A DNA stretch of 64,000 nt, taken from contig CBDBQC010000003.1 of NCBI GenBank assembly GCA_965209205.1, forward strand, positions 532,433 through 596,432. Reading direction: 5' to 3'. Position numbers and translations under genes: made by a program. The notes under the pieces are model-generated. The model worked only from the letters and a program-made list of their open reading frames with translations. It did not search any database and was not told the DNA's origin. Below, piece by piece: positions 8,416 through 19,659 of this stretch. Each line of letters begins with the position of its first letter. The first letter of the stretch is position 1. The stretch is from Dehalococcoidia bacterium. Its GTDB lineage: Bacteria > Chloroflexota > Dehalococcoidia > Bin125.

Positions 8416-9681
8416 GTGAATATCGCTGAACTCGAAGCCCTGACACGGGAAGAACTACTGGAACGAGCCCGCGACCTGGGCATCGCGGGCGTCAGCGCGC
8501 TGCGCAAGCAGGACCTCGTCTTCAAGCTGCTGCAGGCGCACAGCGAGAAGCAGGGCCACATCTTCGCCGGCGGCGTGATCGACATCGTCGACGACGGCTA
8601 CGGTTTCTTGCGCGGGGAATCACTGCTGCCCACCAACACCGACGTCTACGTCTCGCAGTCCCAGGTGCGGCGCTTCGGCCTGCGCACGGGCGACTACGTG
8701 ACCGGGCAGGTGCGCGCGCCCAAGGACGGCGAGAAGTACTACGGCCTGCAGCGCGTCGATGCACTCAACGGCATGGGCCCGGAGGAGGCGTTCAAGCGCC
8801 CCCACTTCGAGAACCTGACCGCGGTCTTCCCCAACCAGCGCTTCATGCTCGAGACCCAGGACCCGACGGACCTCTCGGGCCGGCTCGTGGACCTGATCGC
8901 GCCGATGGGCCGGGGCCAGCGCGGGCTGATCGTGTCGCCGCCGAAGGCCGGCAAGACGATGCTCCTGCAGGCGCTGGCCAACGGCATCGCCTCGAACTAC
9001 AACGACGTCCACCTGATGGTCGTGCTGATCGGCGAACGGCCGGAGGAGGTCACGGAGATGCGCCGCCACGTGCGCGGCGAGGTCTTCGCCTCCACCTTCG
9101 ACGACCCGGTGGAGGATCACACGCGCGTCGCGGAGATGGCGCTGGAACGCGCCAAGCGGCTCATGGAGTGCGGCCGCGACGTCGTCATCCTGGTCGACTC
9201 GATCACGCGGCTGACGCGGGCCTACAACCTGGAGATGCCGACCAGTGGGCGCACGCTCTCGGGCGGCATCGACCCGGTGGCGCTGTACCCGCCCAAGCGC
9301 TTCTTCGGCGCCGCCCGCAAGGCCGAGGACAACGGCAGCCTGACCATCATCGCCACCTGCCTGGTCGACACCGGCAGCCGGCTGGACGACGTGGTCTTCG
9401 AGGAGTTCAAGGGCACCGGCAACTGGGAGGTGCGGCTCGACCGCAAGCTGGCCGAGCGCCGCATCTACCCGGCCATCGACATCGCCGCCAGCAGCACCCG
9501 CCGCGAGGAGTTGCTGCTCAGCGGCGAGGAGCTGCAGAAGATGTGGCTGCTGCGCCGCATGATGTCGATGCTGAGCAGCAACGGCAGCTCCACCGAGCCC
9601 ACCGAGCGCCTGCTCGACCGGCTCTCGCGGACCAAGTCCAACTCGGAGTTCCTCGAGTCGCTGGCCACCGCCGACGCCTGA
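8416..9681 (+). CDS. rho: Transcription termination factor Rho
   Basis: [53 protein letters not shown]. Confidence 0.99.
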   Translation: MNIAELEALTREELLERARDLGIAGVSALRKQDLVFKLLQAHSEKQGHIFAGGVIDIVDDGYGFLRGESLLPTNTDVYVSQSQVRRFGLRTGDYVTGQVRAPKDGEKYYGLQRVDALNGMGPEEAFKRPHFENLTAVFPNQRFMLETQDPTDLSGRLVDLIAPMGRGQRGLIVSPPKAGKTMLLQALANGIASNYNDVHLMVVLIGERPEEVTEMRRHVRGEVFASTFDDPVEDHTRVAEMALERAKRLMECGRDVVILVDSITRLTRAYNLEMPTSGRTLSGGIDPVALYPPKRFFGAARKAEDNGSLTIIATCLVDTGSRLDDVVFEEFKGTGNWEVRLDRKLAERRIYPAIDIAASSTRREELLLSGEELQKMWLLRRMMSMLSSNGSSTEPTERLLDRLSRTKSNSEFLESLATADA

Positions 9682-9719
9682 CGCGCCGCGGCCCGCTTCC
9701 GGCCCAGTCCCCGGCCCGC

Positions 9720-10394
9720 TCAGTCGCCGCGCGGGGCGAGCACCTGCACGGCGGTGTGCTCGCTCAGCCCGGCCCGCGTGACGTTGATGTGATTCTCCAA
9801 TTGGGCGGCGGCGCCCCCGTCGCCGGGCGTGGACGCGCCGGCCGGGGGGGCGCTGAGGCCCATCGCGCTCAAGAACGCGGCCACCGCGTCGAGCGCCGCC
9901 GTTTCGGGGCCCACCTTGTGCAGCATGGGGATGACCAGCCGGGGGTCGATCGCGCCGGCCACCTTGACGGCGGTCTTCGCGTCGAGGTGGCCGTGGCCGC
10001 CCACCGGCACGAGCAGCACGTCGGCCCGGCTCAGCTCCTCCATCGCCCGCGGCGACGGCTCGCCGCGCATGTCGCCCAGGTGCGCGACGATCACGTCGTC
10101 GATGGTGACGACGAAGGCGACGTTGCGGGCGGCCGCCGGGGCGCGGTCGTCGGTGACGACGCCGGTGATCAGCACGTTGTGGATCTCGTATTCGCCGGGC
10201 GCGTCCAGCGGCACGAAGTCCCCGCCGACGCCGTCGCTCCAGGAGTGCTCGGGGGCGGGGTTGGAGATCGTGACGATGTCGGCCTGGGGGCGTCCCAGGC
10301 GGAAGCCGGTGCTCGACGGGCAGGGGTCGAGCACGACGGCGGCCTCGCGGCCGCGCAGACGGAAGGCCGCGTGCCCGATCCAGGCGATGTCCAT
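9720..10394 (-). CDS. MBL-fold hydrolase-like protein, metal ligands degenerate
   Basis: IAWIGHAAF, LDP, PGEYEI, HLGD, LLVPVGG, IPM; HxHxDH appears as NPAPEH. Confidence 0.85.
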   Translation of the reverse strand: MDIAWIGHAAFRLRGREAAVVLDPCPSSTGFRLGRPQADIVTISNPAPEHSWSDGVGGDFVPLDAPGEYEIHNVLITGVVTDDRAPAAARNVAFVVTIDDVIVAHLGDMRGEPSPRAMEELSRADVLLVPVGGHGHLDAKTAVKVAGAIDPRLVIPMLHKVGPETAALDAVAAFLSAMGLSAPPAGASTPGDGGAAAQLENHINVTRAGLSEHTAVQVLAPRGD

Positions 10395-10450
10395 TGCGCT
10401 CGTCCCTCCGCCGCCCGGACGCCGCGCCGCGGCCGGCCGGGCCTGCCCGG

Positions 10451-11656
10451 CTACACCATCGGCAGTTCGTCGCCGGGCTCGGCCCGATGCGCGCCGATCA
10501 GCAGCGCGGCGTTCTGCCCGGTCGATCCGTAGGCGCTGACCAGGGCGGCGTGCAGGTGGTCGCGCTGCGGCCGGACGGTGATATCCAGCGCGCAGTCCGG
10601 GTCGGCCTCAGCGTAGCTGGGGTGCGGCGGCATGACCTGCTCGGCCAGCGCGAAGAGCGCCGCGACGGCCGCCAGGGGGCCGCTCGCGCCCACGGTGTAG
10701 CCCAGCACGGGCGTCGTCGCGGTGACGTACATGTCGAGGATGCGCGAGCCGAAGGAGCGCTCCAGGATGTCGGTCTCGCGGGCGTCGCCGGCCTGGGTGG
10801 CGGCGCCGGCGGTGAAGACCATGTCGATCTCCCCCGGGCTGCGGCCGGATTCGCGCAGGGCGCGCCCCACGGCCTGGCGCGCGATGTCGACGTCGGTGGG
10901 GGGCGCCGCGTCGCCGGCGGGGCCGGCGGTGATCGCGCCGCCGATCAGTTCGGCATAGATGGACGCGCCGCGCAGCACGGCCACCTCGCGATCCTCCAGC
11001 AGCAGGACGGCGGCGCCCTCGCCCAGCACCATGCCGTCGCGCAGCAGGTCGAAGGGGCGCTGGGCGGTTGGCGCGGCCTGCCGGGAGAGCAGGCCGCGGG
11101 CCTCGTAGGCGGCGAAGATCTCGGGGCGCAGGGGGGCCTCGGCGCCGCCCGCCAGCGCCGCGCGCACGCTGCCGCTGCGGATCATCTCGGCCGCCTGATG
11201 GATCGCGACGAGGCCCGACGCCGCTCCGGCGTCGATCGCGTAGCTGGGCCCGGCGATGTTGAGCCCCGTGCTCGCGCCGGCCAGCCCGGCGCTGAACAGG
11301 GGCGCGGGCGGCCCGGCCGGGTCGGGCCCGTGGGCCGAGCCGATCAGCGAGGCGACGGCGTAGGCGTTCTCCGGGGTGAAGCCGATGCGCGCGTCGGCGA
11401 CGGCCTGGATGGCGGCGTCGAGGGCGAATTGCGAGGCCCGGCTGAGCCGCGCCGCGAAGTCGGGCGGGACGCCGGCGGGGCCGTCGTAGTGGGCGATCCG
11501 CCCCGCGAGGGCGGGCCGGCCCAGCGCCTGGTCCGGGATCGGCGTCAGCGCCGGGCGGCCGCGGAGCAGCGCATCCCAGATGGCGGGCGGGTCGTTCCCG
11601 GCGGCGCTGATCGCGCCGACGCCCGTGATCACGACGCGGCGGGGTTCGTCCGGCAT
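10451..11656 (-). CDS. Beta-ketoacyl-ACP synthase-like protein lacking catalytic residues
   Basis: RRVVITGVG, RPFD..RDGMVLGEGAAVLLLE, DPDCALD; catalytic Cys/His/His replaced. Confidence 0.9.
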   Translation of the reverse strand: MPDEPRRVVITGVGAISAAGNDPPAIWDALLRGRPALTPIPDQALGRPALAGRIAHYDGPAGVPPDFAARLSRASQFALDAAIQAVADARIGFTPENAYAVASLIGSAHGPDPAGPPAPLFSAGLAGASTGLNIAGPSYAIDAGAASGLVAIHQAAEMIRSGSVRAALAGGAEAPLRPEIFAAYEARGLLSRQAAPTAQRPFDLLRDGMVLGEGAAVLLLEDREVAVLRGASIYAELIGGAITAGPAGDAAPPTDVDIARQAVGRALRESGRSPGEIDMVFTAGAATQAGDARETDILERSFGSRILDMYVTATTPVLGYTVGASGPLAAVAALFALAEQVMPPHPSYAEADPDCALDITVRPQRDHLHAALVSAYGSTGQNAALLIGAHRAEPGDELPMV

Positions 11657-11794
11657 GTCGTGCAGTGTCGCCTGCCCGCGCCCGATGGCCAAGCCGCCCA
11701 GTCGTCAGAGGGGTGATGGGGGGTCGCGCGCCCGATCTGCCGGCGCGTGTGATTGACCCCTCCGGCGGCGCGCTGCTAGTCTGCTATTGCGAAG

Positions 11795-11821
11795 TTAGCA
11801 CTCTCATACGGAGAGTGCTAA
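11795..11821 (+). promoter_or_regulatory. CIRCE operator (HrcA site)
   Basis: Perfect TTAGCACTC-N9-GAGTGCTAA upstream of hrcA; TTGACC (11753) / TAGTCT (11777) promoter just upstream. Confidence 0.98.
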
Positions 11822-11837
11822 TGGATGGAGTGTCCAG

Positions 11838-12860
11838 ATGACCGCGGTCACGGATCGACGGGCCGGCATCCTGCGGATCATCGTGCGGGAGTACGTGGAG
11901 ACCGCGGCGCCGGTGGGGTCGCGCACGATTCACGATAAGTACGGCGTGCCCGCCTCGCCGGCCACGATCCGGCACGAGATGCAGGCGCTCGAGGAGGAGG
12001 GGCTGCTGGAGCAGCCGCATACCTCGGCCGGCCGCGTGCCCTCGGACCGCGGCTACCGCCTGTTCGTGGAGTCGCTGATGGGGCAGACCGACCTGCCCCT
12101 CGACGAAAAGGCGACGATCCGCCATCAGTTCTTCCAGGCCGCGCCCGAGCTGGACGAGTGGGCCGACCTGGCCGCCGCGCTGCTGGCGCGTTCGCTGGGA
12201 CTGCTGGCGCTGGTCTCGCCGCCGCGCTCGCGCGAGCTGCAGGTCAAGCACCTGGAGTTGATCGGCCTGAACGAGATCCTGGCCCTGCTGGTCGTGGTGC
12301 TGCGCGAGGCGCGGGTGCTCAAGCAACTGGTGCCGCTGGACAGCCCCTTCGAGCAGGCCGAGTTGAGCGTCCTGGCGGCGCGCCTCAACGAGCGCGTCTC
12401 CGGCCGCACGGTGACCGAACTGCGCCGCGAGCCCGCCGCCGACGATGCCACCGAGCGGCGGCTGATCGAGACGCTGACCGGCATCCTCAGCGAGGAATCG
12501 GCGCGCGAAGCGGCCGTGCGGGTCGAGGGCGTGGCTGGGATGCTGGGGCAGCCCGAGTTCCGCCAGGACCATCGCGGCCTGCTCGACATCGTGACGCTGG
12601 TGGACCAGCGCGCGACGGACCGCGTCGTGCCCCCGGAGTCGCTGGGCGGCGACGGCGTGAGCGTGATGATCGGCGACGAGAACCCGGCCGACGAACTCCA
12701 CCACTGCTCGCTGGTCGTCGCGCCGTACGGCGACCGGGCCGACATGTCGGGCTACGTCGCCGTGGTGGGGCCGACGCGCATGCGCTACGGGCGCGGTGTC
12801 GCCACGGTGCGCTACCTGAGCGGTCTGCTGGAAGAGATGATGGACCGGGTTTACGGATGA
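11838..12860 (+). CDS. hrcA: Heat-inducible transcription repressor HrcA
   Basis: PVGSRT, SPATIRHEM, QPHTSAGRVPSDRGYR, VVGPTRMRY. Confidence 0.98.
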   Translation: MTAVTDRRAGILRIIVREYVETAAPVGSRTIHDKYGVPASPATIRHEMQALEEEGLLEQPHTSAGRVPSDRGYRLFVESLMGQTDLPLDEKATIRHQFFQAAPELDEWADLAAALLARSLGLLALVSPPRSRELQVKHLELIGLNEILALLVVVLREARVLKQLVPLDSPFEQAELSVLAARLNERVSGRTVTELRREPAADDATERRLIETLTGILSEESAREAAVRVEGVAGMLGQPEFRQDHRGLLDIVTLVDQRATDRVVPPESLGGDGVSVMIGDENPADELHHCSLVVAPYGDRADMSGYVAVVGPTRMRYGRGVATVRYLSGLLEEMMDRVYG

Positions 12861-13513
12861 CCACGGCCGATGCAGAGGGTCTCGACGGGGCCCAGCCCAG
12901 CGACCCGGGGTCCGGTGGCGCAGACCAGGTCGCGCCGCCGGAGGCCCCCGAAGACGCCGCCCCCGCGTTGGCCGCGGCGTCGCAGGAGGTCGAGCGTCTG
13001 CGGGCCGAGTCCCAGCAGCACCTCGCCGCCTGGAAGCGGGCGCGCGCCGACTACGACAACCTCAAGCGCCGCAGCGCGACCGAGGTCGGCGAGCGGGCGG
13101 CGCAGGCGACGCAGGGGCTGCTGCTGTCTCTGCTGCCCGTGATGGACAACTTCGACCGCGCCTTCGAGGCCGACCGGGTGGATGATCCCGAGGCCTGGGC
13201 GGAGGGCATCGCGCTGATCCGCAAGGACGTCGTGCAGCTCCTGGAGCGCCTGGGCGTGCAGCCGATCGCGGCGGCCGGCCAGCCGTTCGACCCCCAGTAC
13301 CACGAGGCCGTGGGCCGGGCGCCGGGCCCCGACAACGAGGTTTTGCAGCAGGTGCGCAAGGGCTACCTGCTGGGGACGCGCGTCTTGCGGCCGGCGCTGG
13401 TGGTCGTTGGGCAGGGCGGCGGCGACGCGCCCGCGCCCGCGTCCGCAGACGACCCCGCGTCCGTAGACGACACCGATACCGACACCGAGAACGAGAACAG
13501 CGACAGCGCGTAA
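12857..13513 (+). CDS. grpE: Nucleotide exchange factor GrpE
   Basis: RARADYDNLKRR, LLPVMDNFDRA, FDPQYHEAV, GYLLGTRVLRPALVVV. ATGA overlap with hrcA. Confidence 0.97.
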   Translation: MTTADAEGLDGAQPSDPGSGGADQVAPPEAPEDAAPALAAASQEVERLRAESQQHLAAWKRARADYDNLKRRSATEVGERAAQATQGLLLSLLPVMDNFDRAFEADRVDDPEAWAEGIALIRKDVVQLLERLGVQPIAAAGQPFDPQYHEAVGRAPGPDNEVLQQVRKGYLLGTRVLRPALVVVGQGGGDAPAPASADDPASVDDTDTDTENENSDSA

Positions 13514-13558
13514 CTCTCCGGCGGGCGACGCGGCCCGGCCGGCATGGAAGGCAGACTC

Positions 13559-15499
13559 ATGGCGAACGTCATCGGCATCGATCTGGGGACGACGAACTCG
13601 GTCGTCGCGGTCATGGAGGGCGGCGAGCCGATCGTCATCCCCAATCAAGAGGGCAACCGCACGACGCCGTCCATGGTCGCGATGAGCAAGGACGGCGAGC
13701 GGGTCGTGGGGACCGTCGCCAAGCGCCAGGCGATCACCAACCCCGACAACACGATCTTCAGCGTCAAGCGATTGATGGGCCGGCGCTACGAGGATCCCAT
13801 CGTGCGCTCGTCGGCGGCGCTGCTGCCCTTCGAGATCGTCAGGGCCGGCAACGGCGACGCCTGGGTACAGATGAGCGGCAAGGCCTACGGCCCGCCCGAG
13901 ATCGCGGCCATGATCCTGCAAAAGCTGAAGGCCGACGCCGAGGCCTACCTGGGCGAGAGCGTCACCGAGGCGGTGATCACCGTCCCCGCCTACTTCGACG
14001 ATAGCCAGCGCAACGCCACCAAGGACGCCGGCAAGATCGCCGGGCTCAACGTCCTGCGCATCGTCAACGAGCCCACGGCGGCGGCGCTCTCCTACGGTCT
14101 GGAGAAGTCCGAAGAGCAGATCATCGCCGTCTACGACCTGGGCGGCGGCACCTTCGACGTCTCGATCCTGGAGATCGGCGAGGGCACCTTCCAGGTCAAG
14201 TCGACCAACGGCAACACGCACCTGGGCGGCGACGACTTCGACCAGCGCGTGATCGACTTCCTGGTCGATGAGTTCCGCAAGGACCAGGGCATCGACCTGC
14301 GCGAGGACCGGATGGCGCTGCAGCGGCTCAAGGAGGCCGCCGAGCGGGCCAAGATCGAGCTCTCCAGCACGCAGGCCACCGAGGTCAACCTGCCCTACAT
14401 CACCGCCGACGCCAGCGGCCCCAAGCACTTCAACATCCCGCTCTCGCGGGCCAAGTTGGAGCAGCTCACCGAGGACCTGGTGGAGTCCTCGCTGGGCCCC
14501 TGCAAGGCCGCGCTGGCCGACGCGGGCGTGTCCGCCGCGCAGGTCCACGAGGTCGTGCTGGTGGGGGGCCAGACGCGGATGCCCCTGGTGCAGGCCCGCG
14601 TGCAGGACTTCTTCGGGCGGGAGCCGAATCGCTCGGTCAACCCCGACGAGGTGGTGGCCGTCGGCGCGGCGATCCAGGCGGGCGTGCTGAAGGGCGACGT
14701 GAAGGACGTCCTGCTGCTCGACGTGACGCCGCTGACGCTGGGCATCGAGACGCTGGGCGGCGTGCGCACCTCCCTGATCGAGCGCAATTCCACGATCCCG
14801 ACCAGCAAGAGCCAGGTCTTCTCGACCGCCGCCGACAACCAGCCGCAGGTGGAGATCCACGTTCTGCAGGGCGAGCGCGAGATGGCCGCCGATAACAAAT
14901 CGCTGGGCAAGTTCGTGCTCGACGGCATCCTGCCCGCCCCGCGCGGGGTGCCCCAGGTCGAGGTGACCTTCGACATCGACGCCAACGGCATCCTCAACGT
15001 CGCCGCCGCCGACAAGGGCACCGGCAAGGAGCAGAAGATCACCATCCAGGCGGCCTCGGGCCTGGCCGAGGAGGAAGTCGAGAAGATGCGGCAGGACGCC
15101 GAACTCCACGCCGAGGAGGACAAGGCGCGCCGCGAGAGCGTGGAGTTGCTCAACGTCGCCGATTCGTCGGCCTATCGGGCCGAGAAGATGCTGGCCGAGC
15201 AAGAGGACAAGATCGACGCCGAGTTGAAGGCCGAGGTCGAGGCGAAGATCGCCGCGGTGCGCGAGGCCCTGGCCGCGGACCCGCCCGACGCCGACGCCCT
15301 GCGCGCCACGCTGGACGACCTGAACGTGGCGCTGATGAAGGTTGGGGAGAAGATCTACGGCAGCGGCGCGCCCGGCGAGGCCGCGCCCGGCCCCGACGGA
15401 GAGACGCCCGGCGCGGACGGCGCCGGCCCCGACGCGACCGGCCCAGACGCGCCCGGCGAGGAGGCCGGTACCGTGGAAGGGGAGTTCCGCGAGGTCTAG
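13559..15499 (+). CDS. dnaK: Chaperone DnaK
   Basis: [38 protein letters not shown]. Confidence 0.99.
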   Translation: MANVIGIDLGTTNSVVAVMEGGEPIVIPNQEGNRTTPSMVAMSKDGERVVGTVAKRQAITNPDNTIFSVKRLMGRRYEDPIVRSSAALLPFEIVRAGNGDAWVQMSGKAYGPPEIAAMILQKLKADAEAYLGESVTEAVITVPAYFDDSQRNATKDAGKIAGLNVLRIVNEPTAAALSYGLEKSEEQIIAVYDLGGGTFDVSILEIGEGTFQVKSTNGNTHLGGDDFDQRVIDFLVDEFRKDQGIDLREDRMALQRLKEAAERAKIELSSTQATEVNLPYITADASGPKHFNIPLSRAKLEQLTEDLVESSLGPCKAALADAGVSAAQVHEVVLVGGQTRMPLVQARVQDFFGREPNRSVNPDEVVAVGAAIQAGVLKGDVKDVLLLDVTPLTLGIETLGGVRTSLIERNSTIPTSKSQVFSTAADNQPQVEIHVLQGEREMAADNKSLGKFVLDGILPAPRGVPQVEVTFDIDANGILNVAAADKGTGKEQKITIQAASGLAEEEVEKMRQDAELHAEEDKARRESVELLNVADSSAYRAEKMLAEQEDKIDAELKAEVEAKIAAVREALAADPPDADALRATLDDLNVALMKVGEKIYGSGAPGEAAPGPDGETPGADGAGPDATGPDAPGEEAGTVEGEFREV

Positions 15500-15569
15500 C
15501 GCGGCGCCGCCGCGGACCACTTGAGGCGGGGAGGGGCGCCGGCGCGCCCCTCCGCTACGATTACGAACT

Positions 15570-16685
15570 ATGGCCACAGCCAGCAAGCGCGACTTCTACG
15601 AGGTGCTCGGCGTCGATCGCTCCGCGTCGGCGGAGGACATCAAGGGCGCCTTCCGCAAGCTGGCGATGCAGTACCACCCGGACCGCAACAAGGCGTCCGA
15701 CGCCACCGAGCGCTTCAAGGAGGTGGGCGAGGCCTACGAGATCCTCTCGGACCCCGAGAAGCGCGCCCGCTACGACCAGTACGGGCCCAACGCCGACTTC
15801 GGCCCCTCGCGCGGCTTCGAGGGCTTCGACTTCGGCGGCTTCGGCGACATCTTCGATGCGTTCTTCGGGGGGCGCAGCGCGGCCCGCGGCCCCGTTCGCG
15901 GCGACGACCTGCGCCTGCGCCAGGAGCTCAAGTTCGAGGAGGCCGTCTTCGGCGTCGAGAAGGAGATCCGGGTCAGCCGGCTGGAGGACTGCACGCTCTG
16001 CAGCGGCGCCGGCCACGAGCCGGGCCGGCCGCCCGAGGCCTGCCCGCAGTGCAACGGCAGCGGCGAAGTGCGCCGCGTCCAGCGCAGCGTCTTCGGGCAG
16101 TTCGTCAACGTCTCCGCCTGCGATCGCTGCGGTGGGGAAGGGGCGATCATCACGCACCCCTGCGGCAACTGCGGCGGGCTGGGGCGCGAGCGCCGCAACC
16201 GTCGCTTGCAGGTGAAAGTGCCCGGCGGGGTGGACAACGGCTCGCAGATGCGGCTCAGCGCCGAGGGCGACGCCGGGCAGCGGGGCGGGCCGCGCGGCAA
16301 CCTCTACGTGGAGTTCCGCGTCAGGCCGCACCACGTCTTCGAGCGTGACGGCGACGACCTGCGCGTCACACTGCCGATCACCGTCGCGCAGGCCGCGCTG
16401 GGCACCGTCGCGGAGATCCCCACCCTGGACGAACCGTCGGAGGAACTCGAGATCCCCGCGGGCACGCAGGCCGGCTCCATCTTCCGCGTCCGCAAGCGCG
16501 GCGTGCCGCATCTGCGGGGCCGCTCGCGGGGCGATCTGCTGGTCGGCGTCGATGTGCAGGTACCGACCCGGCTGAGCGCCGAGCAGCGCCAACTCTTCGA
16601 GCAGTTGGACGGCGTCCTGGACGAACCGACGCAGGGCAACGGTCGCGGCTTCTTCTCGCGAATCAAGGATGCCTTCAGCGCCTGA
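15570..16685 (+). CDS. dnaJ: Chaperone DnaJ
   Basis: J-domain HPD, G/F region, four CxxCxGxG repeats. Confidence 0.99.
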   Translation: MATASKRDFYEVLGVDRSASAEDIKGAFRKLAMQYHPDRNKASDATERFKEVGEAYEILSDPEKRARYDQYGPNADFGPSRGFEGFDFGGFGDIFDAFFGGRSAARGPVRGDDLRLRQELKFEEAVFGVEKEIRVSRLEDCTLCSGAGHEPGRPPEACPQCNGSGEVRRVQRSVFGQFVNVSACDRCGGEGAIITHPCGNCGGLGRERRNRRLQVKVPGGVDNGSQMRLSAEGDAGQRGGPRGNLYVEFRVRPHHVFERDGDDLRVTLPITVAQAALGTVAEIPTLDEPSEELEIPAGTQAGSIFRVRKRGVPHLRGRSRGDLLVGVDVQVPTRLSAEQRQLFEQLDGVLDEPTQGNGRGFFSRIKDAFSA

Positions 16686-17622
16686 GCCCGGCGGCGACGA
16701 GACGTGGTGGCGGATCTCGCTGCCCGTGCTCCCCGACGACGTCGAGCCGGTGACGGCGCTGTTCGAGCGGCTGACGCCGTCCGGCGTCGTCGTCGAGTGG
16801 CCGTTCCGGCAGGCGGCAGATCTGACGACGGCCGGCCCCGGGGGCGGCCCCACCGAGCCCTGCGTGCGGACCTACGTCGCGGCGCCGCAGCTGGACGACG
16901 CGCGGGCGACGCTGCGCCGGCTGCTGGAGCGGGCCGGCCGCGGCGCCGATGTCGGGCGCCTGCGCTTCGAGGCGCTGCGCCGCTCGCAGTGGGAGACGGC
17001 CTTCCACCGGCATCTGCGGCCGCTGCGCGTCGGGCGCTTGCTGGTGCGGCCGCGGCCCAGCGCCGAGACCCCGCGCGCCGGCGAGGTGGTGGTCGACCTC
17101 GAGCCGGGGCTGGCCTTCGGGACGGGCGACCACCCCACGACGCGCATGGCGCTGGCGGCGCTCGAGCGGACGCTGCGCCCCGGCGACCGCGTGCTCGACT
17201 TCGGAACGGGGTCGGGGGTGCTGGCCTGCGCGGCCGCGCGGCTCGGCGCCGGCGCGGTGCTGGCGCTGGACAGCGATCCGCAGGCCGTGGACGCGGCCCG
17301 GCGCAACGTGGCGCTGAACGGGCTCGACGGCGTGACGGTCGCCCGGGCCGATGCCCCACCGATCGGCTGCGCGACGTACGATGTAGCAGTGGCGAACATC
17401 AGCGCCGGCGTGATCGTGCACATCCTGCCGGCGCTGCTCGCCAGCGTGCGCCCGGGCGGGCGCTGCCTGCTGGGCGGCATCATTGCGCCGCAGTTGCCGC
17501 GCGTGACGCGGGCGCTGGCGGCCACGACCGGGGATCAGCATCCGCTTGAGCCGTCGGAGGTGCAGAGCGATGGTGAGTGGCGCAGCCTCGAAGTCGTTCG
17601 TCCCGCGCGTCTTCGTCGATGA
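16669..17622 (+). CDS. prmA: Ribosomal protein L11 methyltransferase
   Basis: [29 protein letters not shown]; canonical position after dnaJ. Confidence 0.95.
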   Translation: MPSAPEPGGDETWWRISLPVLPDDVEPVTALFERLTPSGVVVEWPFRQAADLTTAGPGGGPTEPCVRTYVAAPQLDDARATLRRLLERAGRGADVGRLRFEALRRSQWETAFHRHLRPLRVGRLLVRPRPSAETPRAGEVVVDLEPGLAFGTGDHPTTRMALAALERTLRPGDRVLDFGTGSGVLACAAARLGAGAVLALDSDPQAVDAARRNVALNGLDGVTVARADAPPIGCATYDVAVANISAGVIVHILPALLASVRPGGRCLLGGIIAPQLPRVTRALAATTGDQHPLEPSEVQSDGEWRSLEVVRPARLRR

Positions 17623-18373
17623 CCCAGGCGCGATCGACGGGGCAAGCCTGCACATCCAGGGAGCGCTCGTGCGGCGCCTGGGCCGGGTGCTGCGTCTGCG
17701 CCGGGGCGACCCGCTGGAAGTGATCCACGCCGAGTCGCTGCACGAGGTCGAGGTGACCCGGGTGACCCGGGACACCGTGCAGACCCAGATCCTGCATTCG
17801 CGTCCGACCCGGCCCGACCCGCCGCCCCGCATCGAGCTCTGCCCCAGCCTGATCCGCCCCCAGCGCTTCGACCTGCTGGTGGAGAAGGCGACGGAGCTGG
17901 GGGCGTCGGAGATCCGGCCGGTGCGAGCGGCGCGCTCGCTGACGCGGGGCAAGAGCGGCGAGCGGCTGGGGCGCTGGAAGCGGCTGGTCACGGAGGCGGC
18001 CGAGCAGTGCCGCCGCGAGCAGCGCCCGGCGGTGCACGAGCCGATCGAGATCCTGGAGTTGCTGTCGGCGCCGGCGCCGCCGGGCACGCTGCGCGTGATG
18101 TCCTCGGCGCTGGAGCCCGAGCGCACGATCCCCGACGCGGCGGCGCACGTGCCCAACCTGCACACCGTGCAGATCGTCGTGGGGCCCGAGGGCGGGTTCA
18201 GCGCCGAGGAGTCGCAGGCCGCGCTCGCCGCCGGCTGGATGCCGGTCACGCTGGGCCCGCGGCCGCTGCGCGCGGAGACCGCCGGCATGGTGGCGCTCGC
18301 CGTCGTGCAGACGGCCCTGGCGCTGCGCACCCTGCCGCAGCCGGTCCCGCGGCGCGATCCCCCGCCCCGCTAG
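17570..18373 (+). CDS. rsmE: 16S rRNA m3U1498 methyltransferase
   Basis: RVLRLR, EKATELG, EAAEQC, VGPEGGFS, LGPRPLRAETA; start uncertain. Confidence 0.95.
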   Translation: MVSGAASKSFVPRVFVDDPGAIDGASLHIQGALVRRLGRVLRLRRGDPLEVIHAESLHEVEVTRVTRDTVQTQILHSRPTRPDPPPRIELCPSLIRPQRFDLLVEKATELGASEIRPVRAARSLTRGKSGERLGRWKRLVTEAAEQCRREQRPAVHEPIEILELLSAPAPPGTLRVMSSALEPERTIPDAAAHVPNLHTVQIVVGPEGGFSAEESQAALAAGWMPVTLGPRPLRAETAGMVALAVVQTALALRTLPQPVPRRDPPPR

Positions 18374-18407
18374 CGCCCCCGCCCGCGCGACGCCGGGACC
18401 GCGGGCA

Positions 18408-19571
18408 TCAGCTGGGCACGTGGAGCGGGGCGGGCAGGGCGTCGAGCGGGTCGAACTCCTGCGTGGGGCTGGGGAAGCCCAGGACGCGGATCCACTGCAC
18501 CGGGTTGACCGTGATCCCGTGCACGACGATCTCCCAGTGCAGGTGCGGCCCCGTCGCCAGCCCGGTTGCGCCCATGCGGGCGATGAACTGGCCCGCCTGC
18601 ACGACTTCCCCCGGCGCGACGGCGAAGTCGGACAGGTGGTAGTAGCCCGACGTGACGCCGCCGCCGTGGTCGAGGATCAGGCCGTTGCCGCGTCGCTGCG
18701 TCTGCCCGCCCCAGAGCACGATGCCGCCGCTGGGAGCGACGATCGTGTCGCCCGTGCCGCCGGCGAAGTCGACGCCGGCGTGGTACTCGCTGGGCGGGCG
18801 GAAATTGTACGAGCGCAGCAGCCCGTAGCCCGAGGTGATCACCCCGGCGGCGGGCGGGTCGAAGATGTCGTCCCAGAAGCGGTTGCTGGTGCGGCTGCGC
18901 AGGAACGGGCTGCGCGTCTCGGCGTCCTGCCGGGTCACGGCCGGGTCGAGCAGGGAGCGGTTGTCCTCGTCCAGCTGCACGACCTCGGTCTGCCACTGCG
19001 AGTCCTGCACGTCGATCAGGGTCTCTCGGGTCATGACGGGGTCGCCGGCCCCGTTCGCGACGGAGAGGATCAGCGGCAGCGGCCCGATGGGCGTCAGCGC
19101 GTCGAGGCCGAGGATGGTGTAGAAGCGCGAGCCCTCGCGCTGCATGGAGAGGATCTGGCCGCCGAAGGCGATCGATGCGAAGCCCGCCCCCGGGGCGTCG
19201 ATCACGACGATGAAGGACGAGCCCTGCTGCACCTCGCGGGGCTCGATCCAGATCAGCGGGTCGGCGTCCAACTCCAGCGAGACCTCCTCGGCCGCGCTCT
19301 GTGCTGTTTCGGACTGTGCTGCTTCGGACTGGGCCTGTTCGGACGACGACGCTTGGGCGGACGCCGGGCCGGCGTCGGCCGCGGTCGCCTGGGCCGCCGC
19401 CTGGTCGTCGCCCGGCAGATCGACGCTGACGGCCGGCTCTTCGTCGCCGTCGCTGCAAGCGGCCAGGACCAGCCCGGCGCCGGCGACGCCGAGCGCGCCC
19501 AGCAGCTTGCGACGGCTGAAGCGGCGCAGCGCCAGGCGGCGATCGGGGCTGGGGGGGATGATCACGGGCAC
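18408..19571 (-). CDS. M23 peptidase, Tat-exported lipoprotein
   Basis: SRRKLL + LAAC lipobox; HAGVD, YYHL, GATGLATGPHLHWE. Confidence 0.93.
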   Translation of the reverse strand: MPVIIPPSPDRRLALRRFSRRKLLGALGVAGAGLVLAACSDGDEEPAVSVDLPGDDQAAAQATAADAGPASAQASSSEQAQSEAAQSETAQSAAEEVSLELDADPLIWIEPREVQQGSSFIVVIDAPGAGFASIAFGGQILSMQREGSRFYTILGLDALTPIGPLPLILSVANGAGDPVMTRETLIDVQDSQWQTEVVQLDEDNRSLLDPAVTRQDAETRSPFLRSRTSNRFWDDIFDPPAAGVITSGYGLLRSYNFRPPSEYHAGVDFAGGTGDTIVAPSGGIVLWGGQTQRRGNGLILDHGGGVTSGYYHLSDFAVAPGEVVQAGQFIARMGATGLATGPHLHWEIVVHGITVNPVQWIRVLGFPSPTQEFDPLDALPAPLHVPS

Positions 19572-19659
19572 ACCCTCGGGCCGTGCGGCGCGCGCCTCGC
19601 GCCACGGCCCGATCCCAGTGTACCGCCGATGCGCGCTCGCGATCCGGTCCGTAGTCCGA

